This document shows, piece after piece, positions 39,136 to 50,048 of a stretch of 64,000 bases of DNA. Numbering within the stretch: position 1 is the first letter of the stretch; each line of letters begins with the position of its first letter. The position numbers were made by a program, and so were the translations under genes. Source of the stretch: Caecitellus pseudoparvulus (Eukaryota; Protista; Bigyra: Bicosoecida); contig CBFFRQ010000031.1 of assembly GCA_965644315.1 (NCBI GenBank), positions 434,001 to 498,000 of the forward strand, read 5' to 3'. Below the pieces are notes generated by a model that did not search any database, was not told the origin of the DNA, and worked only from the letters and a program-made list of their open reading frames with translations.

Positions 39136-39519
39136 CTACGCTCGCATGGACTGCAGCCTGGAGGCCATGACCGCCTTCTCGTTACGCAGGCGCGTGATCT
39201 GCTCTGTCATGGCCTCCACGTCCGCCAGGAGGGCAATGTTTTGCGCCATGATCTTGGCATGTGTCTCCTTCAGGCTCACAAGCTCCTGCGCCAGCTCGTC
39301 GCCTGCCAGCTCACGCCCCGCGTCAAACCCCCGCAGCGAGCCGCCAGCGGGAAGTGTGCCAGGGGGGCTGTGCGGGGCCGCGGACTGTGACGCCCCTGCC
39401 GCGATCAAGGGCTGTGCGCCTGCACTTGCCAGGGCTGTGGCTCTGTCCAGTGCTTGCAGGCCGACCAAGGCTTGCTCTGCAGCCCGCAGCTCGTCATCAA
39501 AGGAGCCTGGGCCTGCCAT
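39136..39519 (-). CDS. Small hypothetical protein (127 aa) with C-terminal coiled coil
   Basis: ATG at 39519 (MAGPGSFDDELRAAEQAL). Heptad-like LKETHAKIMAQNIALLADVEAMTEQITRLRNEK. Coding-like codon usage. Confidence 0.7.
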   Translation of the reverse strand: MAGPGSFDDELRAAEQALVGLQALDRATALASAGAQPLIAAGASQSAAPHSPPGTLPAGGSLRGFDAGRELAGDELAQELVSLKETHAKIMAQNIALLADVEAMTEQITRLRNEKAVMASRLQSMRA

Positions 39520-40057
39520 GGGCACACGGGGCGGCGTGTCGGTACAGTGTGTCCGCACTGTGTGTGGCCTGGGCAGACCAGGTCTGAGTTGAGTGTCCTG
39601 GCGGGGGAAGTCGTTGGCGGATGCTGCAGGGGTTGTGTTTGGCGCTGGCCGGCTCGGTCACAGGGCGGGGTGTGAAGAAGCTGTGAGAAGTCGGATGCAA
39701 GCATGTGGGGTGTCTGGCTGGTGTGTGTTTTGCGCCTCGTGCTGGAGTGATCGCGCGGGGGGGAGGTGCTTGCGGCATTTTTCAGTGGTGGTTTGGATTG
39801 TGCAGTTCGTCCGGCCTGCGTGGGCAGTGCACTATCCACGACAAATCATTGCAAGAATGGGCAGCAGCTTCAATGCAACCTTTCAACCCTAGAAGTTCTG
39901 CAGGCTCTGGTGTCACGGCACGCCCGCACTGGGTTTGCGGGTGGCGAGGCATTGCAGATTTCGCTGGCAGGCTTGCTGCCTCCGCCGCGTGCAGCCCGCT
40001 GAGCAAGGAACACTTCTTGGACGAGGCAGGCACTGTTGGTGTGGTAGATGGACCAGC

Positions 40058-41408
40058 ATGGCGTTCAAGGTGGTGCCGTAGCCGAGGGGAAGGGCCAGGG
40101 TGTGCAGCTCGACGTGAGGCGGGAGGTGCCAGCGTTTCGCTCCCGCCTCGACTGAAACGCGCGCTGTGTTGGCCTTTGCAGGTGTGCCGTGTGCAGCTCC
40201 TGGACAACACCCATGGAGTGTGCCTCGTTGACAAGGAGTATAGATGGTTTGTGGACACGACGCCCCAGGGGGTGGCGTCGGTTGTCCGAGCGCTGGTGCG
40301 CTTCACAGCCTCGCTGCACAGCACTGGTGCGTCAAGCGATGCTTCAGCCGTGATGCTCTGTGCACTGCCGACGCCCTGCCGAGCACAGGCATGCAAGGAG
40401 CGTCGTTTGCATACCCTATGCCACCTACTTGCCGTTACCGGAAGGAGCGCATGGCCTTGACGCTGCACGTGCACGGCGGCATTACCGGGGCGCTGTTTTA
40501 CGCGCTGGCGCCCATGGTGTCGGAGGCAGATGCTGTGGCAGAGGCTGAGGCCAAGGCCCTGGTGGCCTTCCTCACGCGCACCTTTCTGGAGCACTATCAA
40601 GACAGCCTGGACCAGTTCCCCACTGCGCTGCTCATCGCGGCGAAGGACGGCGGCAAGGTGAGTGCAACCGCTGCCTGCCATGTTTGTGTCTGTTGCCACA
40701 CTGCCTCACTGCGCCCGCTGTTCCCCACCTTGTGTGCAGGAGGCGGAGGTGCAGGCCAAGTTCGTCGGTGCGGTGGAGGCCATCAGCTACCACATTGCCA
40801 AGTACCGGGGCTTTCGATCCACGCTGCGGAGGCGGGCAGTGCAGGCGGCCGCCGCAGCTGCCAGCGCAAGGCCCGGCAGCCCCGCTGCTGCCGCAGCCAG
40901 TGGAGGGCTGCCAAGTGGAGGTGGTGCCGCTGGGGCCCACGCTCGATCAGAGACTGCCGCTCCGTCCGTCCCGCACCGTCGGTCGGCCAGCATGGTGCCA
41001 GCCTCCCAGCTGTCCAGCGGCGGGTCGGAGATGCCGCCTTCCCCTAGCGCGGCAGGGGTGCCGCACACCGCGCTGAATACGCCCAAGCGAAGGACACAGG
41101 GCAAAGCCACCCTGGACAGCTTTCGGGACACGGAAAGCAGCGGGTCTCTGTCGGGTTCGGAGCAGGGGGGTGGGCGCGGGGCCGAGGATGGCACTGGCGC
41201 TGACAGTGACTCATCGGGGCTGGGGCCAGGCACAGTGCCAACACCACAAGTCACTCCAGCCAGGTGGCACCCTAAGCGGACGACAGGGCTACCAGAGCCG
41301 CGCTCCTTGGACTTCAAGCAGGAGGATGAAGTCGGGGATGGACCCCCGGCCCAAGCAACTGCTCGTGCCCAAGCGGCAGCACCCCCCCCAGTCCCCCCCA
41401 CTGACTGA
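40058..41408 (+). CDS. Hypothetical protein (~364 aa) with probable N-terminal longin-like domain and disordered tail; exons 40058-40069, 40182-40326, 40389-40657, 40740-41408
   Basis: Phase-compatible GT-AG introns (GTGCGT at 40327, GTGAGT at 40658) join pieces of three track ORFs into VCRVQLLDNTHGVCLVDKEYRW...VASVVRALVRF...GALFY...LVAFLTRTFLEHY, a beta-beta-alpha-beta-beta-beta-alpha pattern. The first micro-exon is tentative. Confidence 0.6.
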
Positions 41409-41492
41409 TGTGCCGCTGAGGCCCGCTCGCTTTCATCGTGTTGCTTGCGAAATGCATTCGTGTCATAGGTGCGCCGCGGCAGGGCCCGGCCC

Positions 41493-44400
41493 TCAGCCTT
41501 CCGGTGCTTGCGCGTCTGTGCCCATAGCGCGCAGGAGAGCAGGCATGCCCCCAGCCGCATCAGCTGCCGCATCCAAGCCTGCCACGGCCGCCGCAAGCGC
41601 CTGCAAGGCGGGCTCGCCGACGGTGCCACCTGCACTGCCGACAGCTGCGATGATGTCCTTGCTGGTCTCCACAGTCGAGCGAAGGGTGTCAAGGATGGAC
41701 AGGGCTTCCTCGGCGTCGTGTGGTCTGGAGGCCATCTCTCGCACCAAGTGAGCGCTGGCAACTGCCTCTGAGCTGGCCGCAGTGACGGCCTCCAGGCCAG
41801 CACGTAGCACTAGTCCTACTTCACCACCGGCTTCTTTGGCCAACTGCACGCCACTCCCGCCGTTGAGCAGGCCAAGTACGCTCTGCAGCACCTCCACCAC
41901 CAGAGGCGGAGGAAGGGTGCCCAGGGCATCGTCACCCGCCACATCTCCCGTGGCCACCCCCATGAGCACACCTCGCACTTGCGCAGAGGGCAGACCAGCA
42001 TCAGCACTGGAACGCAGGAGCTGCAGGGCGTGTTGGGGCGGCAGCCACAGCAGCTGCGCCTCTGCCAACCGTTTCTCCTCAGAAGGGGACAAGCTGGATG
42101 TCACCTGTGCGTCGCCTGCGAGGGCAACCCTCTGCACGGCAGCTGCCTGGCGTTGGAGCAGGGTGCGCTGCAGGAAGCGGGCTGTCAGCGTCAGCCAGTC
42201 GCCGTCTTCAGCCTCGCCGTGGGGTCTCTGCTGCGAAGCACTGTCTTCGTCCGCGGGGGGTGCACTGGTGTGAGCGCCGTATGCGGAGGCAACGGTGACA
42301 CCTTCTCCAGCTAATTTTTGCAGGGACGCCAGGGCAGACAAGAGTCCGTCCACGCTGATCACTCCATCGTGCATGTGCAACCAGAGCGAGGGCAGCAGCA
42401 GCCGACACGCATGCTGTGCGCTGGCGACTGCTGGGGCTGCGGGCGCCGAAGCAGTCACGAGGGAGGAGAGCAGGGCGAGGGCATCGGGGATGACCGACGC
42501 GCCGTCAGCGGACAGGAGGGAACCAGCCTCTGACCGAGTGCTCTGCACCACAGCAATGAGAGCTCGTTGCTCGGGGGACGTCGAGTGAGAGGCTGGCTCC
42601 ACCCCCCACGGGCGCAAGATGCCCCGCACTGGCGTGTCAGCTGACGAGACGTTTCGATGCGCCTCCGCTGTGCCACGCTGCGCGGCCTCGCTGGTGAGGA
42701 ACCACTTGGCCAGGCTGCGCATGCGGGTGGCAGCGTGGCTGTTTCCTGGCACTTTGTGAGTGAGCAGCTCGTGTAGATCGGACGATGCGCCGGTGCTGGC
42801 CGCTGCGGCTGGCGCTTTCCAGGTCTTGCCCTGCGCCAAGTGCTCTTCGAGGGCCTCTTCAAGCACCTGCACATAGGCTAGGGCATGCTGGGGCGTAAGT
42901 GGGCTGGGCACGCTGAGGCCGGCACTGATGAGGGAAGCCACCTCGTGAAGGGGCCCGCCCTCCCGCCCCGCTCCCTGCACCCACTGCTGGCCTGCTGCCT
43001 GCAGCAAGCTGTGCAGCTGGTCCACGCACGCCTGCACTGCAGGCGGGGGTGCGGGGTTGTCCAAGAAGGGGTGCATGCCCGGTAGGGCGCTGAGAGCCTC
43101 CGCTGCAGCCACCTGCACGTCGCTCTCCAGTGCCAGCTCTGTGGTGCGGTGTACATCAGCTGCAGCAGGGTCCCCTGCTGCTGCCAGGGCTGCCTGCAGC
43201 CACACAAGGGTGCCTACCGAGCTGGCATCCAGCGGCACTTTGCGCAGGAGGGGTGGGGAACCTCGCTCACGCAAGGTACTCAGGACAGCACCTCGGGAGT
43301 GGCTCTTGGGCGGCAGGAGCGGCAGCAGTGTCAGCAGCCCCTCGGTGGGGTGCAGGTCCACACTCCACACGCTCTCGACACCCGAGCCCACTGGAGCGGA
43401 CGGCAGGGGCTCCTGCTCTCCTGCAGTCTCCTGCCCACCCCCGAGCATGCTGGAGAGGCGCTTGAAAATAGAAGGGGGCGGGTGGTCCGAGGCTTTGCCG
43501 TGAACCGGTTCAGGAGCTTCTTCATCTTCAATTGCGCTGTCATCTGACGCGCCATCCAGCAAGTCTGCACCAGCTGCAGCCACATGCACGGCCTGTCCCA
43601 GGGCCCAAGCCTGCAGCCGCAAGGCACGGGCCTGCATGTCTGACGGGCAGCAGGGTGCCATGTCACCCAGCAGCTCCGCGGCCTGCACCAGGCCGTGAAT
43701 GACGTCATCGTGGTCAAAGTCAACTTCATCAGCATGCACAAGCAAGGCACAGCTGTTGCCATGCAGCTCCTGAAGCCTGTGCTCTGCACAAGTCACAGCT
43801 GCTGACGCAAGCTCCTCTTGACCGCCCCCCGGCTCCTGCCCCAGTGCCAGCTGTGCGAAGACTGCGGCGAGGTCCACGGCAGACACGCCGCGCAGTTCTG
43901 CACGGGCACTCCCCCACTTCACCACTTCACCACCCTCCAGCTCCAGGGGCGGGAGAGGGGCAGGCCCCATGGCGCTCTGCAGGAGGCCGGCGCTGCGCAC
44001 CGCTGCCTGGCGAGCCTCGCCTGCCAGGCTTGGGTCGCTGCCACTGGCAAGGGATGCCGCTAAGAACACACACTCTTGCACATGCGCTGCTGACTCCGGA
44101 GAAACGGGTGCCTGGAGAAGGTGCGTGGAGGCGCGTGTAGCTGCCTGGCGAGCGGCCATGTCGGCACTGGAGAGAGCAAAGGACAGCAGTGCCGACGCAG
44201 CCTGGGGGCTGTTGGCTAACGGCTGGTTCAAGATCTCGCCAGCGACGTACTGCATGCTTTGGGCGAGGTGTTGTGACGCAGGCCTTGCGCTCTCCGCAAC
44301 TGCCGCCAGACACTCTGCCACTGACGGCCAGCAAGCCTCCTGACTCAGGTCCACACGGCCAATGGCGTCAAGTGCCATGCGCTCCAGGACTCCCTGATCA

Positions 44401-47400
44401 GAAGCTGGCCACGCACGCAGGGCTTGGGTGAGGTGTGGCAGCGCCGCAGCGACATCTCCTGCCCCCCCCCGCACTGCGAAGAGGCCAGCCAGCAGCGACA
44501 TGGCATCTCGCGCACATGCTGTGCCAGGGCTGTACTGTGCGAGGGACAGGCACACCTGCGTCAAGGACGATACGTCGCCGGGAGGGCGCTGTGCCAGTGC
44601 TGCTAGTACAGGCAGCACACTGGCCTGCAGGGCGGCAGAGTCAGCGGCTGCTTGGCTCGCGGCAGCCTGGGCTGCTAAGCCAGGCAGGTCGGCACTCGGC
44701 TCAGCACAGGCCTGCAGGGCTTGGGCATGGGCTTGGGCCATGTGCAGAAGATCGTCGGGCCCTGCACCACCCTCCAGAGCGAGGCCCGTCAGGTGCTGCA
44801 TGAAGGGGGGATGCACGGCGCCGGCGGCAGGGGCCAGCCCCATCACGAGAGCGGCGGTGTGTGGGCGGATGCCGGCGAGGGGTGCTGGGGCCTGGACCGC
44901 CGCCTCCTGAAGCTGGGCGATGTCTGCAGCACTGCTCACCTGTTCCTCGCTGGCTTCTTCAAATGCCTGACCTGTCGTTGTCTCCAACTCCAACGCCGCT
45001 CGCTCTTGACCCGTCAGGGAGCGGTACAGGGACAAGTGTGCCGGCGTCAGCGCGTCGGCACACGCCATGGCCGCCCATGCCACGGCTGGATCAGGACTGG
45101 GCACCGCTGCCGCCGCTTGCAAGAATGCAACAACACTGGGGGTGCGCCACTGTGCCACATGCTCCCACATGCCTTTGGCTGCGGCGCTCCACAGTGGCGG
45201 GTGGTGGACGCCCATGGACGCCAGGGCAGTGAAGAACGGCAGCGCATCTCGCTCTGCCACCACCGCCGACGCACCACGCAGTGTGCGCTGCAAGCGCACC
45301 TCTGCCGCTTCCAGCACCGCATCACCTCTGTGGCGGGCTCCTGCGTCAGGGTCCCCACTCGCATGCAGCACGTCAGCAAGCGCAGCCTCCAGATCCCCTG
45401 ATCGGGCAGACACCAGCCGCCGCGCTGCCTCTTCGGACGCAGTGACTTCGGACATGGAGTGGCCGTGCAAGTCTGGAGGATGCGCCGGCGCCTCCACGAT
45501 CCCCGAAGCGTAGCCGGCACGCCAGTACGAAGCAGCCAAGGCAGCCGCCACATCTGCAGGCCCTGTCGCCACAGCTGAGCCAGCTGCAGTGGCGGTCGCC
45601 TCCAAGACGCCATCTCCCGCGAAGGGCAGCAGGGCACCCGTCACAGACAGCAACTCCTGCGGAGTGAAGCGGGATGCGTACACCTCCACAGCGGACAGGA
45701 GGGGGCCACACAGGGCGGCATGAGTGGAGGCCAGTGCCCCCACCAGCAACTTCGTTGGGGGCGTCGAGGGCGTGGCTCGGATGGCTGAGCCTGTCTCCAG
45801 CAGGGCTGGCAGGGACAGCGGCAGTGCTTCCGTGGCGTGCTCTGCCAGCGTGCCGTGCAGCTCTGCGCAGGCATCTATCAGGTCGACAATGTCAACCCGA
45901 GTGTAGTGCAGCGTATTGCCATCAATGTGCGCTGCGAGAGCCTTGGGGCTCATCTGCTTGCGTGCGTGCGCTGACAGCGCTTGCGGTTCCGCAGCCGCCG
46001 CCAGCTGGGTCGCCAGCTCCTCCTCCAGCCGGCCACAGGTGGCCATGAGCAGCTGCAGCGCGCCCTGGGCCGGCCGCAGCTGCCACTCAGTATATCTTGC
46101 ATCACTAGCCATGTCGGCGGCTTTTTGGGCGGCCAGCTGGCCCAGGGCAGCTGGCATGACACGCCGCAACGCCTGCATGGCTTGCCGTACCTCGAGAACT
46201 GGGGCCTCCGCTGCGTGAGTCGCAAATGCACCAGCAGCATGACTCACAGCAAGGGCAGTCTCGTCTTGGGTAGCTCTGAGGTCCACCAGGGCGTTCATGG
46301 AGGACGGTAGGCGACTCGGGGGCATAGCCCTCCACACGGCAGCCGGAGCTCGCGACGCCAACATCGCGGCACTCTCACCCACGGCTGTCGCAGCTTGAGT
46401 GAGCCGTGCGACATCCAACATGTCTGATGCGTTGGAAAGGGACTGCAATTGCGCCGAGGCGCGCTCGCTGGCTGGCGTCTCCACGTCCCCGCCCAACCAA
46501 GTGTCCACCTGCCCCGTTCGCGACACTGCCCGCCAACTCGGCTTTGGCAGTGCCTGCACCAAGGCACGAGTGCTGGCATCAGCCAGGACATCTTCCAGCT
46601 TGTTCACTGCCAGTGCGTGCATGGTGGTGAGTGTCGTGTGCGCGTCGTTGACGGCGGGCAGGGTGTTGGTCGCTTCCACTGCCTCGCTCGTCGTGTCGGC
46701 CAGCGCAGCCAGGTCGCCAGGCGGTAGCAGGGCGGCCGCAGTCAGCGGCACAACCTCCCCAGCCAGAGCCTTGAAGTGCATGGCGTCCCTAGCAGCAGTG
46801 GCCAGCGTCATGGCGCATTCCAGCATCGGCAGGTCCGGGCGTTGTCCGTCGCCTAGCGCGACTTGCTGCAGCCTGTCCTGCGCCTGTTCCAGCACTGTGG
46901 AGAGGAAGTCCAGGGGCGTGCCAGGGGCGGTGCTAGCCACCCGCGCCAGAGATGCCAGCTTGTCCAGTGGCCACTGCTCCGGTGCAGCCAGCATGCGCCG
47001 GGTCAAGACCGAGGCCGTGGCTTCGCCGAAAGCGGCGTCAGAGCCGTGCGCTGCAGGCTTGACCAGCGCCAGAAGGGCTGCGAGTTCTTTGTCAGAAAAG
47101 TCGCCTGGGCAGCGCTGCACCACGGCTGCCGCCTGGGTCAGCACGTGAGCATACCTGGCTTCTGCCCCCAGCTCCTCTGTGCCCAGCATGGAGCTAGTGC
47201 CGTCTGCCATGGCCAGAAGGCGCATATCTGTGGACAGCTGCATGCGGCCTGCCAGCTGCGCCTTGACGGCGTCACCTTGGTTAGCAAAGGCAGAGAGCTT
47301 GCGGAGAGACGTCACGACGATGTCCTTCGTCCACCACGCATCAGCAAGCTCGTCCAGGGACACCAGGAGTTCCCGTGCGTTGCGGAATTTGGTTGTGCGC

Positions 47401-47630
47401 AGTCTTTCCGCATACATCGCCCCCAAGCGTGCGTCGGCCACGGAGCGGTACGTCGGGTCAGTGACGTCTGTAAAGCGAGCCCTCTGATCCATGAAGGGAT
47501 CATCGTCCACTCCATCATCCCAGCTGGCTTGGGACGAGAGTGCTGCCCTGCGAAAGCCAGCTCCGCCTCGCCCAGCTAGGCTGGCTGCCGCGCTGGCCCT
47601 GACCAGCCACCGCCCACACACCCGCTGCAT
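41493..47630 (-). CDS. Large Ala-rich, probably mitochondrion-targeted alpha-helical repeat protein (2,045 aa; degenerate FASTK/OPR/HPR-like)
   Basis: Long ORF. Preferred start gccATG at 47630 gives an Arg-rich, acid-free presequence MQRVCGRWLVRASAAASLAGRGGAGFRRAALSS. Repeat-like motifs RFTPQELLSV, DFSDKELAAL, FFTALASMGVHHPPLW. The coding call is strong; the family call is tentative. Confidence 0.7.
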   Translation of the reverse strand: MQRVCGRWLVRASAAASLAGRGGAGFRRAALSSQASWDDGVDDDPFMDQRARFTDVTDPTYRSVADARLGAMYAERLRTTKFRNARELLVSLDELADAWWTKDIVVTSLRKLSAFANQGDAVKAQLAGRMQLSTDMRLLAMADGTSSMLGTEELGAEARYAHVLTQAAAVVQRCPGDFSDKELAALLALVKPAAHGSDAAFGEATASVLTRRMLAAPEQWPLDKLASLARVASTAPGTPLDFLSTVLEQAQDRLQQVALGDGQRPDLPMLECAMTLATAARDAMHFKALAGEVVPLTAAALLPPGDLAALADTTSEAVEATNTLPAVNDAHTTLTTMHALAVNKLEDVLADASTRALVQALPKPSWRAVSRTGQVDTWLGGDVETPASERASAQLQSLSNASDMLDVARLTQAATAVGESAAMLASRAPAAVWRAMPPSRLPSSMNALVDLRATQDETALAVSHAAGAFATHAAEAPVLEVRQAMQALRRVMPAALGQLAAQKAADMASDARYTEWQLRPAQGALQLLMATCGRLEEELATQLAAAAEPQALSAHARKQMSPKALAAHIDGNTLHYTRVDIVDLIDACAELHGTLAEHATEALPLSLPALLETGSAIRATPSTPPTKLLVGALASTHAALCGPLLSAVEVYASRFTPQELLSVTGALLPFAGDGVLEATATAAGSAVATGPADVAAALAASYWRAGYASGIVEAPAHPPDLHGHSMSEVTASEEAARRLVSARSGDLEAALADVLHASGDPDAGARHRGDAVLEAAEVRLQRTLRGASAVVAERDALPFFTALASMGVHHPPLWSAAAKGMWEHVAQWRTPSVVAFLQAAAAVPSPDPAVAWAAMACADALTPAHLSLYRSLTGQERAALELETTTGQAFEEASEEQVSSAADIAQLQEAAVQAPAPLAGIRPHTAALVMGLAPAAGAVHPPFMQHLTGLALEGGAGPDDLLHMAQAHAQALQACAEPSADLPGLAAQAAASQAAADSAALQASVLPVLAALAQRPPGDVSSLTQVCLSLAQYSPGTACARDAMSLLAGLFAVRGGAGDVAAALPHLTQALRAWPASDQGVLERMALDAIGRVDLSQEACWPSVAECLAAVAESARPASQHLAQSMQYVAGEILNQPLANSPQAASALLSFALSSADMAARQAATRASTHLLQAPVSPESAAHVQECVFLAASLASGSDPSLAGEARQAAVRSAGLLQSAMGPAPLPPLELEGGEVVKWGSARAELRGVSAVDLAAVFAQLALGQEPGGGQEELASAAVTCAEHRLQELHGNSCALLVHADEVDFDHDDVIHGLVQAAELLGDMAPCCPSDMQARALRLQAWALGQAVHVAAAGADLLDGASDDSAIEDEEAPEPVHGKASDHPPPSIFKRLSSMLGGGQETAGEQEPLPSAPVGSGVESVWSVDLHPTEGLLTLLPLLPPKSHSRGAVLSTLRERGSPPLLRKVPLDASSVGTLVWLQAALAAAGDPAAADVHRTTELALESDVQVAAAEALSALPGMHPFLDNPAPPPAVQACVDQLHSLLQAAGQQWVQGAGREGGPLHEVASLISAGLSVPSPLTPQHALAYVQVLEEALEEHLAQGKTWKAPAAAASTGASSDLHELLTHKVPGNSHAATRMRSLAKWFLTSEAAQRGTAEAHRNVSSADTPVRGILRPWGVEPASHSTSPEQRALIAVVQSTRSEAGSLLSADGASVIPDALALLSSLVTASAPAAPAVASAQHACRLLLPSLWLHMHDGVISVDGLLSALASLQKLAGEGVTVASAYGAHTSAPPADEDSASQQRPHGEAEDGDWLTLTARFLQRTLLQRQAAAVQRVALAGDAQVTSSLSPSEEKRLAEAQLLWLPPQHALQLLRSSADAGLPSAQVRGVLMGVATGDVAGDDALGTLPPPLVVEVLQSVLGLLNGGSGVQLAKEAGGEVGLVLRAGLEAVTAASSEAVASAHLVREMASRPHDAEEALSILDTLRSTVETSKDIIAAVGSAGGTVGEPALQALAAAVAGLDAAADAAGGMPALLRAMGTDAQAPEG

Positions 47631-47720
47631 GGCGCAAGTGTACCTAGCTCTCCACAGACCTGCCACACCATACGCGGGGGTGCTGTCGCGAGCGTCGCTC
47701 TCCGCGTGCATTGTGGCTGG

Positions 47721-48965
47721 TCACGGCGAGTGCGCTGCCTCGTCATCAAAAGGCATGCCCATGGAGCCAGTCACGTGGCGCTTCTGCTCCCACCGCCGGG
47801 CCCTGCCGGTGCGGTACATGTCCTCCAGCTTGGTGCTGGGGCGCCGGACGCCGTCGTAGTCAAAGATGCGGCTCTTGGTGCACTTGGGCGGGGTCATGGC
47901 GTCGGCAGCCTGCCCTGCTGAGATGTCCCGCACTGCCAGGCGGCTCTTGAAGACACGCTGGTCCTTGGGCGTGCGGGGCAGCTTGGGCATGGCCCCGCCC
48001 GTCTTGAGGATGTTGCCGCGCCAGGGCAGGCGGGGCACGGAGTCCTCTGGCAGCTGTGCGTCCCGCAGCACGGCGCCGTGCAGGCCATGGGAGTGGTCTG
48101 GCGCGTAGTCTGCGTCCACCCGCCCCTCGCCTCGTGCGAACATCATGCTCATGGCTTTGTCCAGCTCCGGCGCGACGAGGCCCTCCGCCTCCAGCGCCGG
48201 CTCCGTGCGTTTCAAGTTGATGATCATGCTCACGCGCTCACTGCGCATCTTGAACTTGGCGGCCAGGTCCGGGATGCTCCAGCCCTTCTCCTTCCACAGG
48301 TAGTACACCTGCGTGCGGGTGCCGTCTGGCACGTGCACGTACAGCTCGTGGTCCGACTTGTACTCGTACTCGTCCTCCGTGATGGCGCCGTTGTAGAAGG
48401 GGTCCTCCATGCTCTCGTCGTCCCACGGCGCGAAGGTGAAGTCGTGGAAGCCACCGCCCGAGTCACCGTCCCCGATGCGTGCCGAGTACACCTCGTGCTC
48501 GATGATGTCCAGCAGGCCCCCAGCCTCCTTGGCCATGGGGTGCTCACGCAGCGCAGGAATCTGCCGCGCCTTCAAGTCTCGAATGGGCTTCAAGTACGGC
48601 CGTGGCTGGCGGTAGGGCGGCTCCAGCCCATCCCGGTTCTCCCACTGCCCTTGGTAGTACGTGCCATCGCGCCTGCGGCCAGGCGCCACTGGCTGGTAGT
48701 ACCCTTCCTCCAGCTCTGTCTCGTCACCCTCAGCGTCAGCACTAGCTTCGCGGGTGTAGAAACGCTCCTTGATCTTGGGGTCTGTCTCGTTCAGCTCAGC
48801 CAGGCGCTCCTCAGTGTCCTCGTCCGTGTCCACGGCGAAGTGCCGCACTGGCTGCACTGCCACACTCCCGCTGCTTGCGCGCGCCGCGCTTGCTGCCGCG
48901 TTCCTCAAGCTGCTGCCTGCCACCACAGCATACCGAGAAGCCAGGGACAACATGGATGCAGCCAT
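47721..48965 (-). CDS. Mitochondrial small-subunit ribosomal protein mS45 / Bot1p-like (414 aa)
   Basis: Mitochondrial presequence ending VRHFA. Bot1p-type helix-turn-helix RTQVYYLWKEKGWSIPDLAAKFKMRSERVSMIINLK. C-terminal AVRDIS...IFDYDGVRRP motif. Confidence 0.75.
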   Translation of the reverse strand: MAASMLSLASRYAVVAGSSLRNAAASAARASSGSVAVQPVRHFAVDTDEDTEERLAELNETDPKIKERFYTREASADAEGDETELEEGYYQPVAPGRRRDGTYYQGQWENRDGLEPPYRQPRPYLKPIRDLKARQIPALREHPMAKEAGGLLDIIEHEVYSARIGDGDSGGGFHDFTFAPWDDESMEDPFYNGAITEDEYEYKSDHELYVHVPDGTRTQVYYLWKEKGWSIPDLAAKFKMRSERVSMIINLKRTEPALEAEGLVAPELDKAMSMMFARGEGRVDADYAPDHSHGLHGAVLRDAQLPEDSVPRLPWRGNILKTGGAMPKLPRTPKDQRVFKSRLAVRDISAGQAADAMTPPKCTKSRIFDYDGVRRPSTKLEDMYRTGRARRWEQKRHVTGSMGMPFDDEAAHSP

Positions 48966-49350
48966 GGCTCTTCACGGCCCTTGACGGCAGAGGGGGCTCG
49001 TTCCTGAAGCGGAATTTGCCTGACACCCCACGCTGCTGTCAGTGATGCGTGGGCAGGGGAACGCTGAGGGTGCGCCACACCAGGGCCAGCACGTGTGGCT
49101 GATGTTTGTCGAAATTGAATTGCTCCAGTGCTGTGCTTTTGCAAGGCCCCACCTCGCTCACGGGCTTTGCGGCATGCCGCATGAAGCAGGGCATTTCGCC
49201 CAGGCAGTGGCGCAGTCCAGGCAAATGCTGCATGGCATGGCACACAGTGTAACCCCACACGCCGCTACATCTGAAGGCCCGCCGATTGAACTTCAGTGTG
49301 CTGTCCCCCGTCCCTGCACTCGCAACCCTGCAGTAAGGAGCAGCCAGCAT

Positions 49351-49361
49351 CGATTTCCGCA
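49351..49361 (+). promoter_or_regulatory. CGATTTCCGCA candidate core promoter element of the LYR gene
   Basis: Ends 18 nt before ATG 49380. Confidence 0.55.
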
Positions 49362-49379
49362 AAGCGCTGTCGCAGTGAC

Positions 49380-49819
49380 ATGGCTGCCGGCTACTCCAAG
49401 GCTCAAGTCATCAGCCTGTACCGCCAGCTCCTGAAGGGGGTGAAGACGTTCCCTTCCATTCGGCGGGAAGGCCTGTACCAGACTATCAGGGAGGGTGTGT
49501 GGAGCAGGCGCTGCAGCCTACGTTGACAGCCCGTGACGTGGCCGCCTTCCTCGCGCACGGCACAGAGTTCAGGGACAACAAAGGCCTCCAAGAGCCAGCT
49601 CAGATCAAAGCCGCCATGCAGCTGGGCATTTCCAACCTGCAGAAGATGGGAGCTTTCGGCAACATGGACAAGAGCTCCATGCACTGGAGCCTGGACCTGG
49701 ACAAAGACCCGCTCGGGCAGGCAGCCTACCAGGAGCGCCAAGCTGCTCTGGAAGGCGGCAAGGAGGCCAGGAAAGAGGAGGATTCTGCAGCAAGTAGTGC
49801 TTACGGTGGAAGAAGGTGA
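49380..49819 (+). CDS. LYR-motif (Complex1_LYR) mitochondrial protein, 122 aa; exons 49380-49494 and 49566-49819
   Basis: VISLYRQLLK motif. The phase-1 GTGTGT...ACAG intron (49495-49565) restores the canonical IREEFRDNK. Confidence 0.88.
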
Positions 49820-50033
49820 TGGCCCTGCGCTGGCCGTGCAGAGTGAGGCGCTGAAATGCCCAGCAGACCACCGAACCGCATGCCTGGTTCGGATACCACG
49901 ATGCTGCAGCAGCCAATTCTCATCACAAACGCATGGCAGCATCAACACACATGTTCTCATGTAAATCCTTTCCCCTACCTTCCCTTAATGCATGTCGTAG
50001 CGGCGCTTCACCTGCATTTGGCCCGTGCTGTCG

Positions 50034-50044
50034 TGCGGAAATCG
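50034..50044 (-). promoter_or_regulatory. CGATTTCCGCA (inverted) immediately upstream of ADAT1
   Basis: Reads TGCGGAAATCG on the plus strand, 4 nt before ATG 50049. Confidence 0.45.
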
Positions 50045-50048
50045 CTTC

